Shown here: positions 1-13,405 of the stretch, one piece after another
How positions within the stretch are numbered: position 1 is the first letter of the stretch
Layout: each line of letters begins with the position of its first letter
Source: Eledone cirrhosa
Taxonomy: Eukaryota
Reading direction: 5' to 3'
DNA: 64,000 bases
Assembly (NCBI GenBank): GCA_964016885.1
Contig: OZ024747.1
Coordinates: forward strand, 9,362,001 to 9,426,000
The notes under the pieces: generated by a model
Database searches by the model: none
What the model was told of the DNA's origin: nothing
The model's input: the letters and a program-made list of their open reading frames with translations, nothing else
Program-made: the position numbers and the translations under genes

Positions 1-1625
1 TGTACTACATCTGGTTGTGTAGGGGGTGTGTACTGCATCTGGTTGTGTAGGGGGTGTGTACTGCATCTGGTTGTGTAGGGGTGTGTGTACTGCATCTGGT
101 TGTGTAGGGTGTGTGTACTACATCTGGTTGTGTAGGGTGTGTGTGCTGCATCTGGTTGTGTAGGTGTATGTACTACATCTGGTTGTGTAGGGTGTGTGTG
201 CTGCATCTGGTTGTGTAGGGTGTGTGTACTGCATCTGGTTGTGTAGGGTATGTGTACTACATCTGGTTATGTAGGGTGTGTGTACTACATCTGGTTGTGT
301 AGGGTGTGTGTACTGCATCTGGTTGTGTCGGGTGTGTGTACTACATCTGGTTGTGTCGGGGGTGTGTACTGCATCTGGTTGTGTCGGGGGTGTGTACTGT
401 ATCTGGTTGTGTAGAGGGTGTGTACTGCATCTGGTTGTGTCGGGGGTGTGTACTGCATCTGGTTGTGTAGAGGGTGTGTACTACATCTGGTTGTGTAGGG
501 GGTGTGTACTGCATCTGGTTGTGTCGGGGGTGCGTACTGTATCTGGTTGTGTAGGGGGTGTGTACTGCATCTGGTTGTGTAGGGGGTGTGTACTGCATCT
601 GGTTGTGTTGGGGGTGTGTACTGGATCTGGTTGTGTAGGGGGTGTGTGCTGCATCTGGTTGTGTCGGGGGTGTGTACTGCATCTGGTTGTGTATGGGGTG
701 TGTACTGCATTTGGTTGTGTAGAGGGTGTGTACTGCATCTGGTTGTGTAGGGTGTGTGTACTGCATCTGGTTGTGTCGGGGGGGTGTACTGTATCTGGTT
801 GTGTAGGGGGTGTGTACTGCATCTGGTTGTGTAGGGTGTGTGTGCTGCATCTGGTTGTGTCGGGTGTGTGTACTGCATCTGGTTGTGTAGAGGGTGTGTA
901 CTGCATCTGGTTGTGTCGGGGGTGTGTACTACATCTGGTTGTGTAGAGGGTGTGTAATGCATCTGGTTGTGTCGGGGGGGGGGGGGGTACTGTATCTGGT
1001 TGTGTAGTGGGGGGGGGGGTGTACTGCATCTGGTTGTGTAGAGAGTGTGTACTGCATCTGGTTGTGTAGAGGGTGTGTACTGCATCTGGTTGTGTAGAGA
1101 GTGTGTACTGCATCTGGTTGTGTAGAGGGTGTGTACTGCATCTGGTTGTGTAGAGGGTGTGTACTGCATCTGGTTGTGTAGAGGGTGTGTACTGCATCTG
1201 GTTGTGTAGGGGGTGTGTACTGCATCTGGTTGTGTAGAGGGTGTGTACTGCATCTGGTTGTGTCGGGGGTGTGTACTGCATCTGGTTGTGTCGGGGGGGG
1301 GGGGGTGTACTGTATCTGGTTGTGTAGGGGGTGTGTACTGCATCTGGTTGTGTGGTTGTGTAGAGGGTGTGTACTGCATCTGGTTGTGTCGGGGGGTGTA
1401 CTGTATCTGGTTGTGTAGGGGGTGTGTACTGCATCTGGTTGTGTCGGGGGTGTGTACTGTATCTGGTTGTGTAGGTGGGAGGGGTGTACTGCATCTGGTT
1501 GTGTCGGGGGTGTGTACTGTATCTGGTTGTGTCGAGGGGTGTACTGCATCTGGTTGTGTAGGGGCGGGGGTGTACTGCATCTGGTTATGTCGGGGGTGTG
1601 TACTGCATCTGGTTGTGTCGGGGGT
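1..1625. repeat. 28-bp GT-rich minisatellite (CTGCATCTGGTTGTGTAGGGTGTGTGTA), runs off the window start
   Basis: Tandem copies at 28-bp spacing (e.g. 90 and 118) with a variable G-run. Overlapping ORFs are repeat translations. Confidence 0.97.
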
Positions 1626-1646
1626 GTGTTGTGCAGGTTGTTGTGT

Positions 1647-1778
1647 GTTATAGAGTAGGGTGGTGTTTCTGTGGGGTGGGTCATTGCAATGTTATAGAGT
1701 TGGGTGGTGTTTGTGTGGGGTGGGTCATTGCAATGTTATAGAGTTGGGTGGTGTTTGTGTGGGGTGGGTCATTGCAAT
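1647..1778. repeat. 44-bp tandem repeat, 3 copies
   Basis: GTTATAGAGT...GGGTCATTGCAAT starts at 1647, 1691 and 1735. Confidence 0.9.
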
Positions 1779-2289
1779 GATGTGTGGGGCATGTTGTGTG
1801 AGTTGTGTTGTGTATTATAAGTGGTGGGTAGTGTTTTTGTGGTGGTGTATATTGTGTGGGTCATTGTTGTCTGTTATGGTGTTTGTGTGGGGCATTGCAA
1901 TATGTTATGGTGGTGTTGGGTGCTATTTCTGTGGGGGTGTATGCTGTGTGGGTTGTGTTATATATTGTAGTGTTGGGTGGTGTTCGTGTAGAGTCTTGCT
2001 GTGTGAGTTATTGTTAAGCAATACAGTGTAGAGGTTTGGGTTGAGTTTCGTATGTACTTCGTAGGTTGTGTCACGAGGTTATCGGGTGGTGGCGAGGTAG
2101 GGGAGTTGGGGCTGTGTATTACAGTGTTGGATGGTGATAGTGTACAGTATGTATTGGCTAAACTATGTTATGTCTTGTTGATTGGTGATTGAGTGGAGGA
2201 TATATTGTAAGGGTTGTGTTATATCAACGGGTAACAACTGTGTAGTTGTGTGAGTTGTCAATGTTATAGTTTGAATATCAATTATGTAA

Positions 2290-2432
2290 GACGTTAGAAC
2301 GTCGGATAGAATGCTTTGCCGTATCCATTCCAGCTCTCGGTTCTCTGGGTTGAAACCCTGACGAGGTCAACTTTGACTTTCATCCATTCGAGGTCCATAT
2401 AAGAAGAACATCCAGTCTAGTACAGGGGTCAA
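2290..2432 (+). mobile_element. Old diverged tRNA-derived SINE
   Basis: GGGTTGAAACCC B-box-like motif followed by CAACTTTGACTTTCATCCATTCGAGGTC, matching the core of the younger SINE copies. Confidence 0.65.
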
Positions 2433-2922
2433 TTCTTCCTCTCTATATATATTTCTCACTTTCCTTCTCTGGAAGAAATCTACTGTATTCATATCTGGAG
2501 AGGGATGGACTCCGCCAGGTTCTAAAAACTCCGTATTTCAATAAGTCACCACTACCACTCCGTCAGGTGTTTCGGGTATATACACACTATACATACATCG
2601 ATTATATAAGAGTGTGTGTCACGATATTTTATCGGGTAATTAGTGTAAGGATTATGTGTAGAGTTAATTGTGTAGAAAGATGTAGAAAGAGAAAAAATAT
2701 TTTGATGGAGAAGATGATCTCCCACCCCTTGATACAACATGTAAACCGTTTAAGATTATCATCCCTCTTAGGCACCTTTACTTATCGTCTGCTTCACCCA
2801 GTTTATACCCATATAATGGTACCTATATACATATATAGACACCATACATACATACATTTTTATATATATATATAAACGATTGTCAGCAATAAAATGCTTT
2901 GAACATAGTTTTGATTATTCTG

Positions 2923-2989
<67 letters not shown>

Positions 2990-3043
2990 CCATACATACA
3001 TTTATATATATATACATATATATATACACCATACATACATTTC

Positions 3044-3120
<77 letters not shown>

Positions 3121-3138
3121 TTGGTTTGTTTTTATCCT

Positions 3139-3535
<397 letters not shown>

Positions 3536-3562
3536 TTATATATATATATTTATATATATATA

Positions 3563-3727
<165 letters not shown>

Positions 3728-3912
3728 TACAGAATAATCAAAACTATGTTCAAAGCATTTTATTGCTGACAATCGTTTCTTCCAAACATTCCAAACCTTC
3801 CCTGTTTATAATTATATATAGTGTATATATATAGTGTATATATATAGTGTATATATATAGTGTATATATAAGTATAAATAATATTATTATTATATATATA
3901 CATACCATACAT

Positions 3913-3961
<49 letters not shown>

Positions 3962-3965
<4 letters not shown>

Positions 3966-4149
3966 AACAAGTATGACCTCGACGGCAGAGCTCAAGCCGT
4001 TTCGACGGCTATTTCTGGACTCAAATAGCCGTGGAAACGGCTTGAGCTCTGCCGTCGAGGTCATACTTGTTCATATTACCCATTCTATTACCCTAAGTAT
4101 TGAGTACTTTGGTGCGTTATGGTCCATCTGGTTCCTTACCAGAATTCCT

Positions 4150-4152
<3 letters not shown>
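3962..4152 (+). mobile_element. Family A (TA)n-embedded element, fold-back copy; about 18 copies in the window
   Basis: Core TAGCCGTCGAAACGGCTTGAGCTCTGCCGTCGGGGTC...GAGTACT...CCTTACCAC, whole or in part, also near 7420, 9804, 10813, 11721, 20026, 20322, 21586, 23122, 27091, 27486, 27797, 40429, 40526, 43540, 44240, 44452 and 45444. Confidence 0.92.
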
Positions 4153-4182
<30 letters not shown>

Positions 4183-4184
<2 letters not shown>

Positions 4185-4456
4185 GATATTAATAAATGGA
4201 AACTATATTTATAAAACCATATTTATTTCATTATACATATTTCAGGGATACCACATTAAATTATGGTATGCCTTCATCAGGCATACCATAATTTAATGTG
4301 GTATCCCTGAAATATGTATAATGAAATAAATATGGTTTTATAAATATAGTTTCCATTTATTAATATCGTATATCTACTCCAAAAATTTGTCGAGTGCTTT
4401 ATATCAGTTATAAAAATATTTACTTGTTGTATCCCAACAATTTTAAATAGAACTTT

Positions 4457-4460
<4 letters not shown>
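4183..4460 (+). mobile_element. Family B PLE-type 3' end, fold-back with apex in the HHR core
   Basis: 4183-4272 is the reverse complement of 4280-4370. Homologous to 7501-7960. Confidence 0.88.
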
Positions 4461-4519
<59 letters not shown>

Positions 4520-4520
<1 letters not shown>

Positions 4521-4685
4521 AGCAAATTATAAACGTAAACATGTAAGTATGTTTTTGAAACGGTGCGCGAGTTTGAAATTAGAAATTAGAAATTATATGC
4601 TTTCACCGTATTTTAGACTAAAGAAATTTCTAGCCTGATAGTGGGGTTTATAACCCTCGGAGAAATGGAAAAAGATGAGTGTTGC
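4520..4685. mobile_element. Family C element in (TA)n; second, fold-back copy at 8171-8405
   Basis: Near-identical copies AGCAAATTATAAAYGTAAAC...CTAGCCTGATAGTGGGG. Confidence 0.85.
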
Positions 4686-5209
4686 CGTATATATAAATAT
4701 ATATATATTTATATATACACATAAAACATACACGCGCACACACATATACATATGTATATACGTATGTATGTATGCGTGTGTATATATATATATGCGTCTG
4801 TGTGTGTGTGCATATATATGTTTAGAGTGTTGGTAGTACGATGAAATTCTGGTAGTACGATGAAATACTGGTGTATATTTATTGAGTATCGACGCGCGTT
4901 TATATATATATACACATATATAATCAAAATATTCAGGGGTCAGGCGAGAAGAATCAACATCAATACATTCGGCCGTGCCCTGTATCACGAAAAGAAAAAT
5001 AATGTTTCGAGGAAGCTTTTAAATTTTCTTTAAGGATGTTTTCATGTTTTTATAGGTTTTTTATCAGAATTGGTAGTCCTCCATTAAACCCCCATTATAC
5101 AAAATATGTATAACGAAGATTTAAATAAATCTAATTCAACAGATTATGGCCTCCGATCTTTTTAATACTAATATATATAGTATTATTAATACTAATATAT
5201 ATAGTATAT

Positions 5210-5348
5210 AAGGGTGAAAGCAGCGATTCTTTGCTTAAACTTTGATCTGTTATTTTAATAAATATTTGCTCTAGGGTTCTTATATATTTGATATATATTT
5301 ATCCTTATCGAGCCCTCTTTGGAATTTAGTCTTCGCATTAATTATTAT

Positions 5349-5386
<38 letters not shown>

Positions 5387-5560
5387 ACAATAATAAATGT
5401 GAAGACTAATCCAAAGAGGGCTCGATAAGGATAAATATATATCAAATATATAAGAACCCTAGAGCAAATATTTATTAAAATAACAGATCAAAGTTTAAGC
5501 AAAGAATCGCTGCTTTCACCCTTAACGGGATCTTTAGAAGATCCCGTTAAGGGTGAAAGC
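5210..5560. mobile_element. Family D element, inverted copies around (TA)n; others at 9058-9230, 11303-11342, 13430-13668, 21805-21858 and 33990-34120
   Basis: Shared GTTAAGGGTGAAAGCAGCGATTCTTTGCTTAAAC...GAGCCCTCTTTGG, whole or in part. Confidence 0.88.
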
Positions 5561-5580
5561 AAATGAAAGACCTGAGAGTA

Positions 5581-5645
<65 letters not shown>

Positions 5646-5646
5646 C

Positions 5647-5680
<34 letters not shown>

Positions 5681-5681
5681 C

Positions 5682-5712
<31 letters not shown>

Positions 5713-5752
5713 AATATATATACATATATATATATAAATATATATATATATG

Positions 5753-5789
<37 letters not shown>

Positions 5790-6236
5790 GCGATGAAATA
5801 CCCATGATCGTTTGGTAAATCACTGATGAGGGACTCATTTTATAACATGTTATCCATGTGCAACCAGCAGTATTTTTCTCACCCATATTTTCATATATAT
5901 ATATATATATATATATAGTCTCAGATCTTGAATAACGCTCGCCCCCCGTTTATTAAGATCGTTTCCAACCCCACGCTTATTAAATTTTGCTTATCTTTCT
6001 CAGGAAAATGTTTCATGTGATTCATATTGATACAGAAGCTGGAGAATCTAATAATGTTTTATTTATTTTACATTAACAAAAACAACATTATATATGACAA
6101 AAAAAAAAAGAACATTTACAAGAAATCCTATATTTACGAACGTACACTATACAATTACTAAAACACCATTCTTAATCTTGTTATAGTTTTTACAAACGCA
6201 CCCGAGGATTTAAGCTTGTTTTCGTCTTGAAATCAA

Positions 6237-6282
<46 letters not shown>

Positions 6283-6288
<6 letters not shown>

Positions 6289-6392
6289 TTATCATTAATT
6301 AATTAAACCTAATTACATCGGAGTAGTTAATTATTTTTAATTAGCATATTAAGATTAGACATCATATACTTACACATATATATTTATAAAGA

Positions 6393-6397
<5 letters not shown>
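6283..6397. mobile_element. Family M segment; homologous to 8565-8680 (inverted) and 38980-39080
   Basis: AATTAAACCTAATTACATCGGAGTAGTTAATTATTTTT shared. Confidence 0.8.
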
Positions 6398-6464
<67 letters not shown>

Positions 6465-6623
6465 AGTGTATTTAAATATATATATGTATGTATGTATGTA
6501 TATATATTTACGTGTCCCAACGACTTTTTTTAGTCGTTGTTCGCACCAACCGGAGGTATATGGTCTTTAAAGCGATGAAATACCAATGATGGTTGGAAGA
6601 TCACTGATGAAGGACTAACTTTA

Positions 6624-6671
<48 letters not shown>

Positions 6672-6673
<2 letters not shown>

Positions 6674-6870
6674 AGTGGAAGCTTAGTAAAATCGAAGCTT
6701 TGGCTGCGGTCAAGTAAAGTCGACCTACATTAGGAATGAGTTAGCAAAGCACTCAATAAGGGTAGGTCCTTAGAGTGATAACATACGTTTAAATAGCTTG
6801 ACAAATTGAACATTGCGGTAGGCAAAACCCAACTACACAATACCAAAGTAACGAAAGAACTAACAGGTTA
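6672..6870 (-). mobile_element. Family N (TA)n insert carrying the shared 3' bulged hairpin
   Basis: Single copy bounded by (TA)n. Minus strand 6748-6776 reads ACTC-TAAGG-acctac-CCTTA-TT-GAGTGCT. Confidence 0.6.
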
Positions 6871-6964
6871 AAATATATATATATATATATTAAAAATATA
6901 TATATATACTAGAATTGTTGCTTATTCATATATATATATATATATGAATGTATATAAATATATA

Positions 6965-7392
6965 TTGTTATACTTGGGGAGGGTCATATTTGTGTAATAA
7001 TATTGCCAGAATTAATAACAGAACACACTCACTGTTTGGTTGGTTTTTCGCTTCTGTGTCTTTTATATCAGTTAATTTAATTTATTCGGTCCTCAATGTT
7101 ACCATTGACTGACCAACGGTAATAAATACAGATACAATATAGACACAAACACATATATATAGTCTAACTATAGAAGGCCAAGGCTAAACAGATAAAAATG
7201 AATGGAATAACAACAACACTGACCTAAGAGAAGTATAAATAAATAAATAAATACATACACAAGCACAATAACAACAAACACATATAAACACACACTAGTA
7301 AACTAAGATAGAATACAATAACCAATACACAGTCACCCAAACCCGAACACACATCAAACAAAACAGTATACACACACACAAATTCATCGCCG
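6965..7392 (-). mobile_element. Family F element; others at 8012-8085, 9231-9668, 26506-26680, 29034-29188, 45010-45031 and 56333-56513
   Basis: Shared terminus TGACCCTCCC(C/A)AAGTATAACAATA next to (TA)n. Confidence 0.85.
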
Positions 7393-7500
7393 TTATAAAT
7401 ATATATATATATATAGAGAGGAAAAAGTATGACCTCGACGGCAGAGCTCAAGCCGTTTCGAGGGCTATTTCTGGACTATATATATATATATATATATATA

Positions 7501-7957
7501 CAATATTAAATAAATGGAAAACTATATTTATAAAACCATATTTATTTCATTATATATATTTCGGGGATATCATATTAACAATATGCTATGCCTTCATCAG
7601 ACAAAATACAATATAAACAGTTTTATAGATAAATATATTCGACATACCGTAATAAACATCAACTTCATTTGAAGAGGTTTACTCTAGCAGTAAACCTCTT
7701 CAAATGAAGTTGATGTTTATTACGGTATGTCGAATATATTTATCTATAAAACTGTTTATATTGTATTTTGTCTGATGAAGGCATAGCATATTGTTAATAT
7801 GATATCCCCGAAATATATATAATGAAATAAATATGGTTTTATAAATATAGTTTTCCATTTATTTAATATTGTAAATATACTCCAAATATTTGTCGAGTGC
7901 TTTTATATCAGTTATAAATATTTACTAGTTGTAACCCAACAATTTTAAATATAACTT

Positions 7958-7960
<3 letters not shown>
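7501..7960 (+). mobile_element. Family B fold-back insertion (arms about 180 bp, apex about 7686); others at 11863-11953, 22614-22943, 29246-29540, 33030-33097, 34440-34660 and 43750-44211
   Basis: Long near-perfect inverted repeat followed by a unique 3' end merging into (TA)n. Confidence 0.92.
7764..7829 (+). ncRNA. Minimal type I hammerhead ribozyme (family B)
   Basis: Stem I TATTTTGT/ATGAAATA; CTGATGA at 7772; stem II containing CATATT/AATATG; GAAA at 7810; palindromic mini stem III (TATATA); AUA cleavage triplet. Confidence 0.85.
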
Positions 7961-8016
<56 letters not shown>

Positions 8017-8083
8017 ATACTTGGGGAGGGTCATATTTGTGTAATATTGCCAGAATTAATAACAGAACACACTCACTGTTTGG

Positions 8084-8128
<45 letters not shown>

Positions 8129-8404
8129 TAGGCACCAATTCTAAAATATATATATATATATATATATATAAGCAAATTATAAATGTAAACATGTAAGTAT
8201 GTTTTTGAAACGGTGCGCGAGTTTGAAAATTAGAAATTAGAAATTATAAGCTTTCACCGTATTTTAGACTAAAGAAATTTCTAGCCTGATAGTGGGGTTT
8301 ATAACACTCATCTTTTTCCATTTCTCCGAGGGTTATAAAGCCCACTATCAGGCTAGAAATTTCTTTAGTCTAAAATACGGTGAAAGCTTATAATTTCTAA
8401 TTTG

Positions 8405-8520
<116 letters not shown>

Positions 8521-8531
8521 TAATATACACT

Positions 8532-8564
<33 letters not shown>

Positions 8565-8569
<5 letters not shown>

Positions 8570-8717
8570 TGTTTATAAATATATATGTGTATGTATATGA
8601 TGCCTTATCTTATTAAGCTAATGAAAAATAATTAACTACTTCGATGTAATTAGGTTTAATTAATTATAATTAACGTTATATATATATATATGACTGTATA
8701 TATGTATATATATATGA

Positions 8718-8761
<44 letters not shown>

Positions 8762-8939
8762 AACGTTGAACCCTCCTCCATCTCCTCTAAGCGTGAATCT
8801 AATATAACTGTGTATTTTGCACTCCTGTGTTTTGTTTTCTTTATTAATTATATATAAATCATAATATTAATAACATTCGATTCGTTTGCAAGCTAACTGC
8901 CTCACAAAACTCACGAACCCGCAATGTTAGAGCGAAAAC

Positions 8940-8945
<6 letters not shown>
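8565..8945 (+). mobile_element. Composite family M+L element with internal (TA)n; inverted near-identical copy at 38726-39080
   Basis: Both unique segments and the intervening GAGTGTATA microsatellite are collinear in the second copy. Confidence 0.88.
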
Positions 8946-9017
<72 letters not shown>

Positions 9018-9021
9018 CATA

Positions 9022-9052
<31 letters not shown>

Positions 9053-9740
9053 ATATAGTAATAATAATAAATGTGAAGACTAAAATCCAAAGAGGGCTCG
9101 ATAAGGATAAATATATATCAAATATATAAGAACCGTAAGGCAAATATTTATTAAAATAACAGATTAAAGTTTAAGCAAAGAATCGCTGCTTTCACCCTTA
9201 ACGGGATCTTCTGATGTTGCTGTTCCATTCATGAATGGAACAGCAACATCACAACTTACAATTAAGGGCAAAATGAAAACACACACGCACATAGAACAAA
9301 CAACCAACCAGTAACATGTAAATAAACAAATATAAACACACACAGACACCCGGATGTAACACATGCGCAAACTAAGCACACAGCACACACAAAAACAAAA
9401 TGGCGTAGGACAGAACAAAGGAGAGGCACAAAAACAAAGAAGAGGTCACAGAATGTGTGACGAAAGAACTTTGACAATATATAAACAATCATCTGGTTGT
9501 GGAACCAACCAACCAACCGGAAATTTATAAATTCCTAAATTTATAAATTTATTATAGTAAATTGAAGTGAAAGCATCTGGTGCGTGTGTTTCTTATTAGC
9601 AACATGACCCTCCCAAAGCATAACAATATCGGTTTCAACACACGTTTTCAGATAAAGAATCTTGCTAATATACATATATACATATAAGCCAGAAGCCTCG
9701 TAGGGACACATTATAGAAATTTGAGTTTATTATTATTATT

Positions 9741-9792
<52 letters not shown>

Positions 9793-9897
9793 ATATATAT
9801 GTATAACGAAGGAATTGTGGTAAGGAACCAGATGGACCATAACGCACCAGAGTACTCAATACTTAGGTTAGTAGAGTGGGTAATAGGAAAAGATATG

Positions 9898-9993
9898 ACC
9901 CCGACGGCAGAGCTCAAGCCGTTTCGACGGCTATTTCTAGACTAAATTAGAATTTTTAGCCTGGTAAATAAATAGCCGAACTTATCAAGGGGT
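9898..9993 (-). ncRNA. Type I hammerhead ribozyme with U3-A8 core (family A, complete copy)
   Basis: Minus strand: ACCCC TTGATAA G-TT-CGGCTATTT...AAATAGCCG-T-C GAA ACGGC ttgagctct GCCGT C GGGGT. All three stems pair and the triplet is GUC. Confidence 0.82.
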
Positions 9994-10473
9994 ACTTCCT
10001 TATATGGGAAGATTGTAATTGTCAAGAGGATTGGTCAAAATTTGTTGTAAAGACAAATAAATCTTTCATGGCATTTGGTGGGAGGTATGGGTGGCTGAAC
10101 TTGCCGGTAGAACAAAGAGGGAGTGAGTAAAGCCTGTCAGGCGTTGAAAGTGAAATCTATACAGCAGATTCTAAGGATAGTGTATGAAAAGTCGAAAAAT
10201 TGTTCTGGAGAAAAGGAGGAGAGTTTAAAGAATAGGTATGTCGAATGGGAGTAGGAGACAATGAAAATAAAAAATATATATATAAAATTTAGATAGTGAG
10301 AAATGAATAACCCCACCCCCCACCAAAGAAAAACCAGTAGAGTCTAGAAAAAGATGCTATAATTAGTAGGTGTTGCTAATAGAAAAGTTTAGTAGGCAAA
10401 GCTATAGAAAAGTTTAATAAGTAGAGAATGGAAAATACTAAATAAGAAATTGTAGAAGTGGGTAGTGAAAAGT

Positions 10474-10580
10474 ATAATTGTTTCTACTTTAGGCACAAGG
10501 CCAGCAATTACCCAGTGCATTACTGGTACTTTATTTTATCGACCCCGTAAGGATGAAAGGCAAAGTCAACCTCGGCGGGA
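10474..10580 (-). mobile_element. SINE family 1, 5'-truncated
   Basis: Reverse complement of ...CTTTGCCTTTCATCCTTACGGGGTCGATAAAATAAAGTACCAG...AGTAGAAACAATTAT. Confidence 0.9.
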
Positions 10581-10981
10581 GGGGTCTAACACAGCTGCTA
10601 TAAATAGTTAGTAAAGCGTAAAGCGTAATCAGCCAATGCTATCTTACAATTACAGGTTAATAAGTTGAGTAAAGAAAATAGTAAATAGGAAATTTTGAAA
10701 TTGTAGAATTGGAGTAGTAACAAAAAAGAAGAAATTATAGGGGTCTAACACATCTGCTAAAAATAGTTAGTAAAGCGTAATCGGCCAATTCTATCTTAAG
10801 ACGTTCTATTTAGACAGCTAGATCCGAACTGTTCGGATCTAGCTGTCGAAACGGCCGGAGCTCAGCCGTCGGGGTCCTGACCTCTTTTCCTATTACCCAC
10901 TCTACTATCCTAAGTATCGAGTACTCTGGTGCGTTATGGTCCACCTGGTTCCTTACCACACTTTCTTTGTTCTCTCTCTCT

Positions 10982-11063
<82 letters not shown>

Positions 11064-11342
11064 AAAGTGTGTGAAATCGGTGCAGTTAGGTATATTTAAA
11101 AAAAAGGAAAAGAATGACTTCACTTGTAGTTCTAAACAATTTCATTTAATTTTATAATATTATAATTTTACAATTTAGTTTTGTAGATCTAGTAAGTTCT
11201 TTGTTAACTTCAGTGGGGATATTTTTATAGATTCCTGGTTAACTTTCCTGGAGAACTTTCCCGCATTCGTCGGTGGCGAATGTCAAACTGATATATATAT
11301 AAGGGCGATTCTTCGCTTAAACTTTAATCTGTTATTTTAATA

Positions 11343-11406
<64 letters not shown>

Positions 11407-11413
<7 letters not shown>

Positions 11414-11576
11414 GTGACCTTTTTTTTACAAAATGAAAAATAACCGAGGTGTCTTACACGAGTGAAAGTATAAGGAAAAAAGCTGAAATCGAAAATGCAA
11501 CTGGAGTCTTTTTAAAAAAAAAAAATATTTATTTGGTTCCTTTACGCGTTTCGAAACCTGTAAAGGAACCAAATAA

Positions 11577-11580
<4 letters not shown>
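11407..11580 (-). mobile_element. Family G element; others at 12367-12443, 21929-22108 and 27159-27368
   Basis: Shared CGAGGTGTCCTACACGAGTGAAAGTATAA; short fold-back at 11527-11580. Confidence 0.88.
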
Positions 11581-11607
<27 letters not shown>

Positions 11608-11671
11608 TATATACATGGGACAGTAAGCTCGATATATATATATATACATTCATATATACATATATATGTAA

Positions 11672-11723
<52 letters not shown>

Positions 11724-11795
11724 CGGAAGAAATGTGGTAAGGAACCAGGTGGACCATAACGCACCAAAGTACTCAATACTTAGGGTAGTAGAGTG

Positions 11796-11835
<40 letters not shown>

Positions 11836-11951
11836 TGTATGTATATATATATATATATATACGATATTAAATAAATGGAAACTATATTTATAAAACCATA
11901 ATCAGTTATAAATATTTACTAGTTGTAACCCAACAATTTAAATATAACTTT

Positions 11952-12011
<60 letters not shown>

Positions 12012-12308
12012 TGCGGCTATGCTAAGCCGTAAAAGTCAATTATAGTTCTAACTTAAGTAGATTTAGCTGGCCTCCTGTGAGTTTGTAACGTAAATCTCAG
12101 TTCAGAACTCGAACCCAGGTCGTTATGGTTGTAAGTCTAATACTGAGGCCACGTAAATTGTCTTTGGGTTGTGAGAACGTGAGACAAGGGTATGGAAATC
12201 ATACGAGCCGTGTTACGCATATCCGTGTGTAATACTAATGTATGTATGTATGTATGTATGTATGTATGTATGTATGTATGTATGTATGTATGTATATAGT
12301 GCGCGCGG

Positions 12309-12366
<58 letters not shown>

Positions 12367-12569
12367 ATGAAAATGAGTTTTTATTTTAAAATGAAAAAAA
12401 AAACGAGATGTCCTACACGAGTGAAAGTATAATGAAAAAAGATGTATATATATATGTATATATATAATTATATATATGTGTGTGTGTATACATACATGTA
12501 TATATATATCTATATATACATATATATATACATATAAATATACATATACATATCTACACACACACACAG

Positions 12570-12628
<59 letters not shown>

Positions 12629-12831
12629 CTCTTACATATGCATGTTTTTAATTAAGTCGTCGTTTTTAATTAAATATGTATAAAAACACGATTTTTGATA
12701 TTTTTCACATTAATTAAAATGATTTTTATACTCAGTATTAATTTACGTAATCTTGATTGTATACATATTACACATACAGACACACACACAATCATACACA
12801 CATACACACAGACACACACACAAGTATATAC

Positions 12832-13405
12832 ATCATCAACATCATCATCATCATCATTTTAAGTCCGCTTTTCCCTGCCTGCAAGGGTGGGACGGGTCCT
12901 ATTCAGCACAGCATCTCTCCACTTGTCACGGTCCTTCGTCATCTCCACCATGAGCTTCAGCGATCTGAGGTCTGTTCTCACCACCTCCGCCCATGTTTTT
13001 CGTGGTCTATCTCTACCACGTCTTCCTTCAACTGGCATTTCCTGGCACTTCTTCACCCATCGGTCATCCTCCATGCGCATCACATGTCCATGCCACCTCA
13101 GTCTCCTCTCTCGCACACTACATTCTATCCCTCTCAGACTCAGTTTCTCTCTCAACACATCCATGCTGGGTCGTTCATGCACATTGACATTGCACATCCA
13201 ACGGAGCATGCTTGCCTCATTTCTCTCCAGCCGTTGCATATCCTCTGCAGTTGCTGCCCATGTCCCACTACCATGCAGCATCGCGTTCCTCACACAGGCA
13301 TCATATAACCGGCCTTTCGTACGCAGGGAGAAACCCTTCTTCGTCAGCAGAGGAAGCAGTTCCCTAAACTTCTTCCAACCCGTCCTTATTCTAGATACTA
13401 TGGCC
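12832..13405 (-). mobile_element. RTE-clade LINE 3' fragment with (GAT)n tail
   Basis: ORF 12859-13293 has MLHGSGTW, MLRWMC, RRLRWHGHVMRM and RGRDRPRKTW (RTE C-terminal motifs). Tandem CAT tail at 12832-12857. Confidence 0.93.

Noticed and set aside
1-1625. CRISPR-like or telomeric array; long Cys/Thr-rich ORFs
   Set aside because: No unique spacers, no cas genes and no TTAGGG tract. The ORFs are translations of a 28-bp minisatellite.
9490-9501. CATCTGGTTGTG shared between family F and the 28-bp minisatellite
   Set aside because: A 12-nt low-complexity match is insufficient to infer origin.
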